Assembly: GCA_024704765.1 (NCBI GenBank)
Contig: JAKMXF010000055.1
Location: forward strand, 654,769-718,768
DNA from: Oopsacas minuta
Lineage: Eukaryota; Animalia; Porifera
DNA length: 64,000 bases
Direction of reading: 5' to 3'
This document shows positions 13,953-25,922 of the stretch, one piece after another. The stretch's first letter is position 1; the number at the start of each line of letters is the position of its first letter. A model generated the notes under the pieces. That model had not been told where the DNA came from. It saw only the letters and a program-made list of their open reading frames with translations, and searched no databases. The translations under genes and the position numbers were made by a program.

Positions 13953-14571
13953 CAAGCGAGCTTCGCTTGCAAGGTCACTGCGGGACAGCATAGTGCCTCC
14001 GTTAAGCTTAAATATTGAACAATTAAATATCCTGATGATTTGTGTCGTTCCCAAACTCGATAGTATTACTCGGCACTATGTGACATCGAATTTACAGAAA
14101 AGTTAAGATGCAAATTTTATCATCCATGCTCAATCTAAATTACATCCAATTGCCTTATGTGGTTCCAATGTAGATGCCATGTTGCTTTTGGCTAGTTATC
14201 TGGGGGGCACTTCGAGTCTCAAATAATATGAAAGTATCAAAATATAAAAATTTGGATAATTTGAATATTTTGTACAGTTATGATGACGTTAAATTCCATG
14301 CTGATTTTGTTTTTTGCGAGATTCATGACGGCAGGATATCTGTCACATTGAGGCGTACTTGTGGTTCAAATTTCAAACTTCAATAATGTATTTTGGATCT
14401 GCAGTGGTAAATATTGTGAATTTCCGTCAAGACTCGAAATAACCCAAGCCCGCAAAATCCCCTTGCATGTCAAGAATCAGCACTGGGGGTCCTCCAGTTT
14501 CTTAAATCAATTTCAAACATACATACATATAAACATACACATACAGATTAATTGCGTATTTATAGTATAGA
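13953..14571 (-). mobile_element. Helitron-like non-autonomous repeat, copy 1
   Basis: On the minus strand it starts A|TC and ends CTTG|T with no TSD. Perfect 7-bp hairpin CAAGCGA-GCT-TCGCTTG at the 3' end, (CATA)n-like tract near the 5' end. Core is similar to 14770-15354 and 32590-33110. Confidence 0.55.
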
Positions 14572-14769
14572 TTGTTGAGCATGAAGTCATCATTTAATTG
14601 GCAATATTGTCATACTCGAACTGTTTAAGGGTTGTGAGTTCTGCGCTTTGGTTGGTTGTCGTTGTTTAATGTGATAAACCAATTCACATACAAATTGAAA
14701 ATACATTAATTCGTATTCCTACATTGGTAATTTTTTAGTGCTATAGGTCGCTACACAACAGAAGATAAT

Positions 14770-15354
14770 CGATAGTACATGCGTCAAGTTTTGGAATTGA
14801 TGAAAATTTAAGATTATATTATCCATGGTCTATCCAAAATACATTCGATGGCATTCTGTAGTGACACAGGAGATACGATGTAGCTTGTAGTTAGGTATCT
14901 CGGCACTTCGTGAGTCGGGCGTTATGAAATCCTGAAATATTTCAAAATTTTGGAAAATCTTCATTTTTGTACAGTCATGATGAGATAATAATCTAATGAT
15001 GAATTAGATTGTGGTAGGATCGTGAAGTCAAGACATTTATCACCTTGAGGGGTACTAATGATTGAAATTTCAAACTTCTATCATTTATATTGCCCCAGCA
15101 GTGGTTAATAATGTGACTTTCCAAAAATCCAATAGGAAACAATGACGTCATAATTTCGTTATTGTTGTGAATTGACCCAAGACTCGAATTTGTCCGAGCA
15201 AGGCCCATATTATCCTGGGGGCCAAAATAAGCCCTGGGGGACTTCCAGTTTGTTCAATCAATTCTGGGCAAATGAACATACATATGTATAAATATATATA
15301 TATATATACATAAACAAATACATACTTAGATGAGTCATGGTTTATTTATCTAGA
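14770..15354 (-). mobile_element. Helitron-like non-autonomous repeat, copy 2 (adjacent to copy 1)
   Basis: Colinear by-eye similarity to copy 1 (ggcacttcg, ttgtacagt.atgatga, aatttcaaactt, gcagtggt, caagactcgaa, ccagttt). (TA)n microsatellite at about 15283-15308. Ends TAGAT on the plus strand. Confidence 0.55.
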
Positions 15355-15468
15355 TGGTCATGTCATTAATGAAATATCTTGATTATTTCCGATGTTCGAT
15401 ACCGGATAATACATATCGATACGATGTCAATAACGATTAAGATGAAATCATGACAATGCCAATATATA

Positions 15469-18188
15469 CAGTATGTTAGGAAATTATTGGAACTTTACAT
15501 GATTAACTTTAATCACCATGAAGGATATCAGGTTATGCGCATATTATACAACCATTTACCTTACTGTATATATACACTTCCTATAATTGTTAGAAAACCA
15601 ATAGATTCGCTATTTCACATAATATTTCGTTTGTTTGGCTGAAATATTGTGATTCCCAAGCAAATATACCTATATATATTTCGAGACCCCATTTCCGTCA
15701 TCTAAGACCGCACATTTTGTACAATGTGCAAGCACTCCACCCAACAACAGCGTAGAAATCAAATAGAGATACTATACAATGCAGGAATTACCAAAGTAGT
15801 GGATATCTGCCAGCGAACAAGTATACCTAAGCAGACTGTATATCATGTCTTCAATCTGATAAAAGATAAAAAAAAGCCTTCAGCACAAAAGGGGTGCTGG
15901 TCGGCCTTCAAAAATCAAGGCAAATGACAAAAGGAGGATAGTTGCTTTGTATCAAAGCAATCCGAGAACCTCTCTACGCTCTATACTACCAAGATTGAGC
16001 TCTCCTGTATCCATAAGTATTCTTTATGCTCAGATAAAGAGGCAAAACTTTGTTAGCAAGCGGGCTGTCCGAGTTCCAGCACTCACCGACCTCCATGTTT
16101 CCAAAAGAATCGCCTGGTGTAAAGAAATGAAGAGTTTTGATTGGAGTAAGCCTTCTTTACTGATGAATCTTCAGTTTGGCTTGACTCTAGAAGAGTCAAC
16201 CTGTGGATTAAAAAGGGACAAACGGTTCATCTGCCAACCTTCAGGCATCCATCTAAAGTTCATCTTTGGGGTGGAATTTCGATAATGGGGACTACACATC
16301 TGAGGATTTTCACAGAAAATTTCAATCAGGTGGTGTATATTTCCACTCTTCGCGAGTGTTTTATTGAGGATGCTAACGCAAAATACGGAGATAGCTGGGT
16401 TTTACAGGAGGATCACAGTCCTGTGCACACTAGAAGAGCAGCTAAGGGGTGGAAGACGGAGTTCGTCCCCCTTAGAATTGATTGGCCGCCAAATAGTCCA
16501 GATCTAGCGCCCATTGAGAACCTGTGGGCAGTTTTGAAAAGGAGGTTGATTGTACTTCATCCTAAAACTGTAAGCCAACTAAAACAGGAAATTCAGGACA
16601 TATGGGCAACATTTGATCCAGACTTTCTCCGTCCCTTTTGCACTTCAATGCCCAAAAGAATTAGATTGTGTTTAGACAATGCTGGGAAAAAAATTAATTA
16701 TTGATAGAATGTGATGATAATGCTGGTATTTCTTCATCTACAGGGTGTTAAGAAATTGATGCCCTCCCTATCTCTCGAGATCTAATGCTACCATAGTATT
16801 TTTACATTGTTAAATATCTAGCTTTTCACTTGATTTGTACTTTAATATACCAGGGGTTATATTTAGTAGGTAGCTTTTCCTAGTTCATTAACTTTTTGTG
16901 CATATTTTGACCCAATCTTCTATTGTCTTCACAATTAGTTAATACCATGGTCAAAGAAGCTAGTCTAGCAGTGCGTAATCAAGCAATAGGCATGTTAAAA
17001 GCCGGGCAGACGCAGAAAAGTATCGCAATACATTTTGGTACAAATGTACGTACCGTTCGTCGGTGGTGGTTGAGGGCATATTGTGGAAACAGCCTCGAGA
17101 ATAGGCAAGGCCGAGGAAGAAAACCGGCGATAGGAAAAGTACCGAAAATAGTTATTGCTAAAACATTAGGGAAAAAGATGAAATCAACTCGCAAAATATC
17201 CCAGCTCTTAAAGTCTAAGGGTTTTCAACTTTCCCATGTAACTGTGCATACATATTTGCGGAAAAATCTAGGTGTAAAGCCGAATAAGCCACAGTTACAG
17301 CCCAAATTGACCAAAAACAGAAATTCGCTCGATTAACCTTCTGTTTGCCACGAAAAAATTGGGCAATTAATGATTGGCGCAATGTACTTTTCTCTGATGA
17401 ATCTCCATTTGAGTTGTACCATTCACCGAATCGGCAGAACGACAGAGTTTGGTTAGCAGACAGAGAAAAAGTTGTACCTACGGAAAAAGTGAAGTTTCCT
17501 GGAAAATTGCAGGTTTGGGGCATGATGTCCTATAATGGCCTATCAAACCTTCACATAACCCCTAGTGGGCAGACAGTAACAACAATATACTATCTAGAAG
17601 AGGTTCTGAAGAAGACGATGACGTCTGCAATGCATCGAGATAGAGATACAGGTGCAGTAACTGAGAGGAAATTATTGTCGGACATGTCGGCTGCCATTTT
17701 TCAACACGATGGTGCCCCGGCACACACGTCCAAAAAACACAGGAATGGCTAGGAGAGAACTTTCAAAACTTCTGGCCCAAAGGTATTTGGCCTGCCAACT
17801 CCCCTGACCTGAGTCCTATGGAGAATCTATGGTCAATAATCCAAACCGCCATCAATTCTTTTCAGCCGGCAACAAATCTAAAAACGCTCGAAAAACAACT
17901 AATTTCAGCTTGGAGACATATTTCACCTGAAGTTTTGGACAAATTGATAGCCAGTATGCCAGATCGGATAAGTAAATGTATACAACTAAAGGGTGGATAT
18001 ATTGGGAAATAAATGTATGTGTTTAGAGATTATTTATAGACTAATCATTGAGTTAGTATTAGAGGGCATCAATTTCTTAACACCCTGTATATGTATTTAA
18101 CTTAGTGTTAAAACGAGAAATCTCTATGAGTCATGAATTCATAGTGTAATATATTGATAATCAGTCCTAATAATTTCCGAACACACTG
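15469..18188 (+). mobile_element. Tc1-like DD34E transposon, copy B, carrying a nested insertion at 16741-18087
   Basis: Near-identical reverse complement of 7806-9177, with the same asymmetric TIRs and the same two frameshifts. TA flanks at 15467-68 and 18189-90. Length without the insertion and its duplicated TA is 1371 bp. Confidence 0.95.
16741..18087 (+). mobile_element. Tc1/mariner-superfamily DD37E transposon (1347 bp), nearly intact
   Basis: Perfect 26-bp TIRs CAGGGTGTTAAGAAATTGATGCCCTC. The TA duplication is confirmed by the empty site in copy A. ATG 16947 to stop 18012 gives 355 aa after adding one A in each of two A runs. Motifs LFSDES, QHDGAPAH, NSPDLSPME with 37 residues between D and E. 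Confidence 0.95.
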
Positions 18189-20559
18189 TAGTTAATAGTA
18201 AAGTAACATGTGCATTTGTCAGTATATATACAAAGAAAGCAATCAAAACACGTCATTTCGATTTGGAAATATGTTATGTAGATTCATTATCTGTAATGTA
18301 TAGATATCAAAACATATATAGTCGGGGCTAAGTGTATTATTGAATATTGTCGCTACTTATAGATCCCTATATGGAGTATATAGAAATGTTTGAAGACAAA
18401 ATAATCTGATTTACTATAAACATTTCAAGTATGACATTATTAACAATAAAATCCCCATACATAACTTCCTATCGAACAATAAAACATTGGCCCCAGCTAT
18501 ACCTCTTCATGGAGGACGTTTTCAATTATAGAACAGAAACTAATATTTCATTTAATCGCTAGATCAAAACTGATGACTACACAAGTATTGTCAAACGAAT
18601 TCAACTATTGTAAGTAATTCTCTAAATTAGGCAATAAAATGTAAAATCCTATAATGTAGTTTCCAATTATACGTAGTTGATTAATGAATAATCTTTTATA
18701 TAGCAATTAGTAATAAAAATTGAGGAATTTTAGCGCATAACAAACTGTAGAAATTTGTACATAGAAAATTCTAAAATTTCTTTTAGATGTTCAAGTATAA
18801 TTATGATGAATTTGATCAGAGTTAACAGAATTTTTCAACCAATTGTGATGTTGTATTCTCTAGATATTAAAGTTATTTGATTCGATTTCAAGATTGCCTT
18901 CATGATCATTAATAATATTAGCTATGTTTCTACTTCTAATGATATACGAGATATATACCAATCAAGATTGTAATTGTACTTTACTATACAATCAACAATT
19001 CGTTGGGGTTAATAGAGATATTAAGTTCAGGTTTCGAAATGTGTTCTGAACAAATTACCCAAACTGCACTGGGAATACTTTCAAATCGATGTAAATATTA
19101 TTAAATAGCTATCAAAAACCATTATAATTTGGTCATATTCTAGAATTTGGATGTTCACTTGCCATGCTGCATATCTCTCCATTCGTAGAATGCTACATTA
19201 AATGAATTAAAGGATTAGTTGAAGTTCAAAAAAGGAATGTAATCCAAGGGATCTAATAATTTTGAGAAAGAATTTGCTTCGAAAGTACTGTTTCAAAACT
19301 CAGATCGATATATATTGCACTTACGAAGTGAACGACAATCATTTCATAATTGCAATATATACCAATCTGAGTATTGGATTAGTGCAAGCACTATGTTCAA
19401 CATTGTGTAACAAAATTTTGGAAATATATGATAAACCTACAAATATATTCCTATAGGGGATATCGCCTATTCTGAATAAAAAAATAACACAAGGTTTTCT
19501 CCATCACGTGTGGATTTATGGAAATAGACACCATTTATCTCTACATTTTGGATTCGTTTCTCAGAGTTAATCATAGAGCTGAGGTAATGAATACATATTA
19601 TGTAAATACACACTTAATGACAATTCTTTAGTTTATTATAAGTTATAAGCTTCATTTATGTAATATTATCAAATTGATTGGTAATAGGGTAATCAAAAGC
19701 ATCGAATTTTAATGGTTTTCCTGTGGTGACGCCGCACAGGAATATCAATTTACCAACCTTAAATTGTTCCAATTTTTATAACAGGATACTCATCTATCCC
19801 CCACCTAATGGTTGTTATGTATGGGTCCTGAAGAAAAATACTTGATTAGTGAAGTATTATCAGATATATTACCAGATATATGTTACATCGCCACATAACT
19901 ACCGCAGTATAATTACAATAATCGAATATTGGCTTGCTATCTATGCATATATGAGCTATGAAACCAAAGATCCCATTGGAAACGAACAATGAAGATATCT
20001 AGCCCCTTCGAAAATGATACTTGAATATCACCTAGATATATTGCGATAGAATAAATTTTCGCAAGTATTTGAAGTCATATAAATCATAGCTCACTATTCA
20101 CTATAATCATAAAATATTCATGTCTAGGTTATAGGTGACATGAACTCTAGTTTTCAAGGGGATTAATATGAGGATCAATTCGAAAGTTTCAGACATTTAC
20201 ACTCGTCATCTAGCAACTGGTATGAAATTTCAGTCTAACAGTAATTGCTTTGTTCAGTAACAAATGGTCGAATTTCAAGTGACAACACAATAATTATTCA
20301 AAATATATGGTCATCCACACCTTGATAATCAACATTATTGTAATTTTGATGGCACGAGTAGATTGATTATTGGCTATGATGTATTGCGATTCTTTGAGAG
20401 ATTTCAGTGATTCACAGTAACTAAATCAACTGAATTCTGTTTTTGGAGATCAAGATTCACCCATGGAACAGTTTTCAAATCGTTTGCTGAGTTTGGGAGA
20501 AGAAGAACATTATTGCCCCATAAAGAGCGCCTTAGACGTCCAGCGAATCCGGTAAACCC

Positions 20560-21130
20560 CGATAACTTCGCCAAAGGTGAAGAGAATTAGTAAGTTAGAT
20601 CAATAGGTCAGCTATGAAGGGCTAATAGAAGAACCCAAGATGGGAAGAAATGCCATTACAACCGTACTTCATGATATCGAAGTGTCAGGAAAGTATAAGC
20701 CCGTTGGATCACTCATAGGCTTTTAAGAGTGGGATGGTGCAAGCATATATTCCCCAAATTTTGATCAGAAGAGTCGAAACCTGAAAGTAAGATCGTTACA
20801 GATGATGGGAGTCGGATTTACAAATATGATGCTGTAAGAAAGCAATATTCTACATTTTGGTTGTTTCTTGATGAGGTTCCACTCCAGAGCAAAGCAGAAG
20901 AGAGTGTTGGAAAGCAAATGGTAGCTAATTTTGTATAAAGAATTGGTTATATCCCTAGCAACACTTTACAAAACAGAAGACAGTTACGGCGGGAAGGTAT
21001 ATTGATGTATGGTATAGCACAGGTCTTGCAAAAGTTGATTACATCCAAGATCGAAGACATGGAACTTCTTTTGACTTCATGACAATGCAAGTTAACACAA
21101 ATCCATCGCAACGCGACGCGCTGATGCAAT
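20560..21130 (-). mobile_element. Possible highly decayed Ty3/gypsy integrase relic
   Basis: DVINFCKTC resembles the integrase HHCC C-x2-C segment. Downstream fragments are loosely integrase-like (WGI, SNG). Many stops, no LTRs seen. Confidence 0.3.
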
Positions 21131-22826
21131 GGGAAAGTGATTAAAATGTTATTCTGGCGGATGAAAATTTGAATAGAATGTGAAGTTGAGCACTTTGAAT
21201 AATGTGAAAATCATAGTTAATTTTGGAAACTTAAGTGCTTGAGTCAAAATTTCTATCTAACTCTCCTATTTGTCTAGTATGTTACATATTTAGGTTTCTA
21301 ACTATTACACACATATTGCAAACAAATATTCGATCATTGTAGTCTTAGTGACCTCATGCTGCGATGACGTGGAATATATTTAGCAATATATGTAAAATAC
21401 AAAATTAGTGGGTTTCTTCATGACGTATGCAAACCTACCATTAGAAGCTGTAGAATAGATATATAGCCTGTTAGAAATTTACAATAATATAGGTTGGGGA
21501 ATCTATGGTGAGGTTAGGCGTCAACTGACTTGAGATACCATTTTGAATTGAAGAATATTCAAATATGTGAATTACGATTTCAATACATCACAACTCACTT
21601 TAGGATAAGAATGCTTAACCTATAATCTTGGTTTCACATAACTATGAAATGAAACTTTCTCAAGAATTACAGAACTTCTTAAACTGGCCATCAATACCGG
21701 CGGCAACTATGTATTTTAATGAGGTTTCACGCTATTTCTATTACAAAATTTTATATGTATATACCTGTCACTTAGTAGTGTCACCTATCTTATACGGGAT
21801 TTGAAAATTATGAAAAAGAAAGTCCATGCATTTTTTGTGGATATGCTCGCATGGGCATGATTTAGACCAGACGTAATGGTCACCATAAATATCCAGTGAA
21901 ATAATTCATGAATAGGTACAGACATAACTATCTATGCATTCTATACAATACCCCAGCAATAACGAAAGTTGGAAAGTAAGCTATGGGGTTTGGAGTGATT
22001 CCACACTTCTATGACGAAGTTGAAGAGGAATAGAAACAACAATATTTCAATAATAGACCACTTTTAAACCCACGCACCATCGATTCCAGCAGGAAGAAAG
22101 GAAATTATTTCATGAATCAGAATAATACTTAATAAATAATTGGCCCCCTTGCCAAGACCAATATAAGATAATCTATACATATCTTTTATAGCTTCTATAC
22201 TTAAAATCTCTATATCAAGACGATCTATATTCCATAATCTCCAGTCATTTCGACCATCCTTAAGAATCCAAGAAAGCGGTTGAATCACGATTTGGTAGAG
22301 TGGTATATGACATAAATATCGAGAGAATACTATGGAGCTGTATCTGGAATATTGTCTGAGATATTGTAGATATGCTTGGGCGAACCATCAAAAGGGGTGA
22401 AAACAGACTCCCAATTATGTACTTGGGTCAAAATATGTTAAAATTCCGATTTTGCATAGAGTTGCAAATTACGACTACAATATGTTGGACTAACTTCAAA
22501 GCCCTATATCACATTTCGCTTGATAAATTCAGATCAAGTCCAATATTCCTCCTCTCGCTTTGAACAATGGATTTGTCTATTAGTGCCTATATTTGTAAGA
22601 TTACATTATCAGTGAACACAATATTGATGGATTTCCATAATACTACAGTAGAGTCTTGTTAATTCATACAACAGGGGAGTGCGAAAATTCGTACACTTTA
22701 TCCGGAGTACGTATTTACTAACTAATTTGCATTGAAAAGGCATTGAAGGGGACTGAAACAGTTCACAAATTTGTACTCCTAATCCGGAGTTAAGTATTAA
22801 CAGTGTTCATATTAAAAGGCCCTGTT

Positions 22827-25793
22827 CAAGTGGGCTTTTTGCTGGAAATAGCATGAAATTTTTACCCCCCCCAGAATTGTATTTCCTTATTATCATTGAA
22901 TTCACAATCGTTTCAAACCTAGAAATTTGTAATTTCATTCTGATTCAACAAGTAAATTGGTTGTTATGGTGATGTATATTTGCGGCTTCTTGTAATTGGA
23001 ATTTCTGTTGTGTGGTATATCAAAATCGATCAAGTTTCATAGTTATATTTTTACCACTTGTAACTAAGAAGAAAGAATTCCTTTACAATAATGAAACATT
23101 TATAATTCAAGTATCTAATTTAAATCTTGAAATGTCGTTTGGTTTCTAACTTTCTATTCTGAAACTAGATAAAACGCGATGACTATTTAGGACATTTTTT
23201 TTCGGCGTCCACAGGATATTTTATACTGAAACTTGTTGTAGCGTTTCGCTGCGTGAACTCTCACTGGTCTTAAAATGTAGGTTATAATAATACATTCAAA
23301 AAATATAATAGCTTAGACCCGCCGGAGGGCGCCCAAAGTATCAAACATTCATTTAAATGGGTGTAATTTAATGTAAAATTTCCCTATGAAATATTAGCAT
23401 TATGACTACCAAGGAAGCTTTTGACTTTCTATCCTCACGTAAATCTGTCAGAGATGCAACAATCGTATTCATGGATAGTGAGCAACTTGATGATAAATAT
23501 TATAGTTGTATCCGATACAAATTCGTTGAGTTGAAGGGTGATAGAGAGATATTTCGTAAAAGAAACGACCTAAATACATGGAATGATATGATATTCTTTG
23601 ACAATTCAACATTGGCAGAGAAGAGGCGGTTATCGTCTGAAGGCGATAATTGTACTCCTAATCATGTTGATGCAAAGGCTATCAGGAAACCACTCCTAGA
23701 ATTAACGATTAAAGGACAAAGGGTACGTCTGTAACCTCTTTTAGCCCTGATTAAAAGCTTAGCAGCTAGTGAGAACGTGGACAGCAAAACGATGGCAGCC
23801 ATGGCTCTGCAATTTGTCTCATTTTCTTTAGAGATTACTCCATCAGTTCCTTCCGTCTGGAAATAGTTAGCAAAGGCACATTTCAAGGCAATATAAAGAC
23901 ACACATCTCAATTGCTAAGTCTACGTTGCTCCTAGGGCAATTGGAAATAGGTAAGCGAAAGTACATTGAATTGAGGAGACTTTGTAAGTCAGACTATGTA
24001 CTATTCCCTAAGTATGAGCTAATTTCCCAGTATCGAGCAGATATTACTCTGGAGAAAGAATTCATTTTTATCCGCAATGTGTCTGATGCGCCTATGGAAG
24101 CAGGGATATCTTACATCTCTATCATCGAACAGACAATTTCCCGCCTACTCGAATTACTTCCCACAGATTCTGAATTTGAAATCCCGTAGAAATTTTCTGC
24201 AACAGATGGCTTGGATGGATCTGGATCCCATCAAGTTTATAATCAGATTCAAGAGTCACCAGATATTGGTTCCAAAAATTTCATTCTCTTTGCTTTCAAA
24301 CTTCTCGCTATTCACGACAGCGCAAACAAATTTATTTGGGAAAACGAAAGGCCCAACTCACAATTTCAGATTCGCCCAGTCACTTTACTAGCTGCCAAAG
24401 AAAATAGCGAAAATGTACGTCATCTAATGGATACTTATATCAATTCTTACGTAGTAGACTTGGAAGAAAATGGGATACCACTCTCGCAACGACTTGTGAG
24501 GATAAAATTGCTCAGGACCATGTTCGATGGAAAAATGGCAGAAATTCTATCTGGAGCCGGTGGTGCTCACTGCCAACTCTGTACTGCGACTTTCAAACAA
24601 CTGCATGATGTCGAACTTATACGAGATGGTTTTCCTATTAATCGTTCAATAACATCGGCTAAAGAACTGTTTCAAAGTGTGAATGAAGTAGAATTTCTAT
24701 CTCTAAGTTCCAATGACCGTCTTGGATTGACTCACCAACCTATTTCCGACATCGATGTAATTTGCTCTTCTCCATTACATTCATATTTGTGCATCTTCAG
24801 ATGGTTTATGACCCTCGTTTATCATCTGCAATCAGGTGAAGGAAGTGATCACCATCATCCGTAGGCATAAGAAACTCAATGAAGTTTGTTTCAGGCTTTT
24901 TGATGGAAAAGACTGGTATGAAGATTGATCAAACCAGCAGTGATGGTGGCACTACATCAACTGGCAATGATGCTCGATATTGTTTCTTGGACAAAAACCA
25001 ATTTCTTTATTGGGTTTGTTCCTTGATACCAACAGAACACCATGAAAATATAAAGGTAATCCACACTAACCTTTCAGTATGTTTGCGTATTTACAACAAC
25101 GACCGAGAGATGAACACTGAAAGACTGGATATTCTTTGCAAGGACACATACGAATACATTGTAATCAGGTTCCCTTGGGCAAACATCAGTCCAACCTTGC
25201 ATAAACTACTAGCCCATTCCTCAGAACTCATTAGAACTTGTAACAATAGCCATGGACTTAAAGTCTTCTCTGAAGAAGCAGTTGAAGTTTCAAACAAACT
25301 CGTCAGAAGGTATCGCGAACACCTTGCCAGAAAAATGTCGTTGTCTCTGAATACTCGAGATATCTTTATACGACTGATGTGCAATAGTGATCCTGTCCTC
25401 AATGTGTATAGAAAATTTACAAAAGCAAGCAAGAAAACCCACTCTTCTGAACCTCCAGACCAAGAAATTCTTTTCTCACAATTAACTTGCTAATAAATAA
25501 TGATTGAAATAGATGGAAGCACAAGATACTATTAAATTGTGGGTATGTTAAATGTGTGCTATGATCCAAAATAAGCTTACTAACGCCTCTAGTAACTGAA
25601 CTTTAAGCTCAAAAAAAAAATTTATGATAATATGAAGGGTCAATGACGTCATAACTTTTTAATAAGATGTCCTAGATTTTTTTATGCAGAAATCGTTTTC
25701 TCAGGCTAATTTCCTATTGGCTAATAATGCATTATATCTCTATCTTGCATGGTTTTCCTATTTCCATCTCACCCCCCAAAAATGCCCACTGTG
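22827..25793 (+). mobile_element. Transib / RAG1-like transposon (about 2.97 kb)
   Basis: Right end reverse complement reads CACAGTGGGCATTTTTG; left end reads CA-AGTGGGC-TTTTTG. Flanking 5-mers CTGTT (22822-26) and CTCTT (25794-98) match 4/5, consistent with the 5-bp TSD of Transib. Encloses a RAG1-core-like ORF. Confidence 0.88.
23402..25493 (+). pseudogene. RAG1-core-like (Transib) transposase, about 695 aa, with in-frame stops and two frameshifts
   Basis: Motifs in RAG1 order: RKPLLELTIKGQRVRL (NBD-like), LDGSGSHQVY (D600-equivalent), MFDGKM (D708-equivalent), HCQLC (ZnC2), PLHSY, TGNDAR, TLHKLLAH (ZnH2), SEEAVEVSNKLVRRYRE (E962-equivalent), SDP. Stops at 23732 and 24187; shifts near 23828 and 24845. 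Confidence 0.92.
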
Positions 25794-25922
25794 CTCTTGA
25801 TGTAGAAGTAAACATATACAGCATATTCATGCTGCTATGCTCAGGAATAAGAGCAATATTTCAAAATATGGTATCATACGGTAATGTCAAAAGGTCTATC
25901 TTCCTTTTCGAAAATCTGTATA

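Noticed and set aside
15865-15876. A-AAA-AAG slippery heptamer at the first Tc1 frameshift, suggesting IS630-like programmed -1 frameshifting
   Set aside because: The -1 frame reaches TAG within about 22 codons. The transposase continues in the +1 frame, so this is an indel and not a -1 recoding site.
7806-18188. Segmental inverted duplication as the origin of the two Tc1 copies
   Set aside because: Similarity stops exactly at the TA dinucleotides and the flanks are unrelated.
25494-25793. RAG2-like partner gene inside the RAG1-like element
   Set aside because: Only about 300 bp separate the stop codon from the right end and about 575 bp precede the ATG. No kelch or PHD-like frame was seen inside or next to the element.
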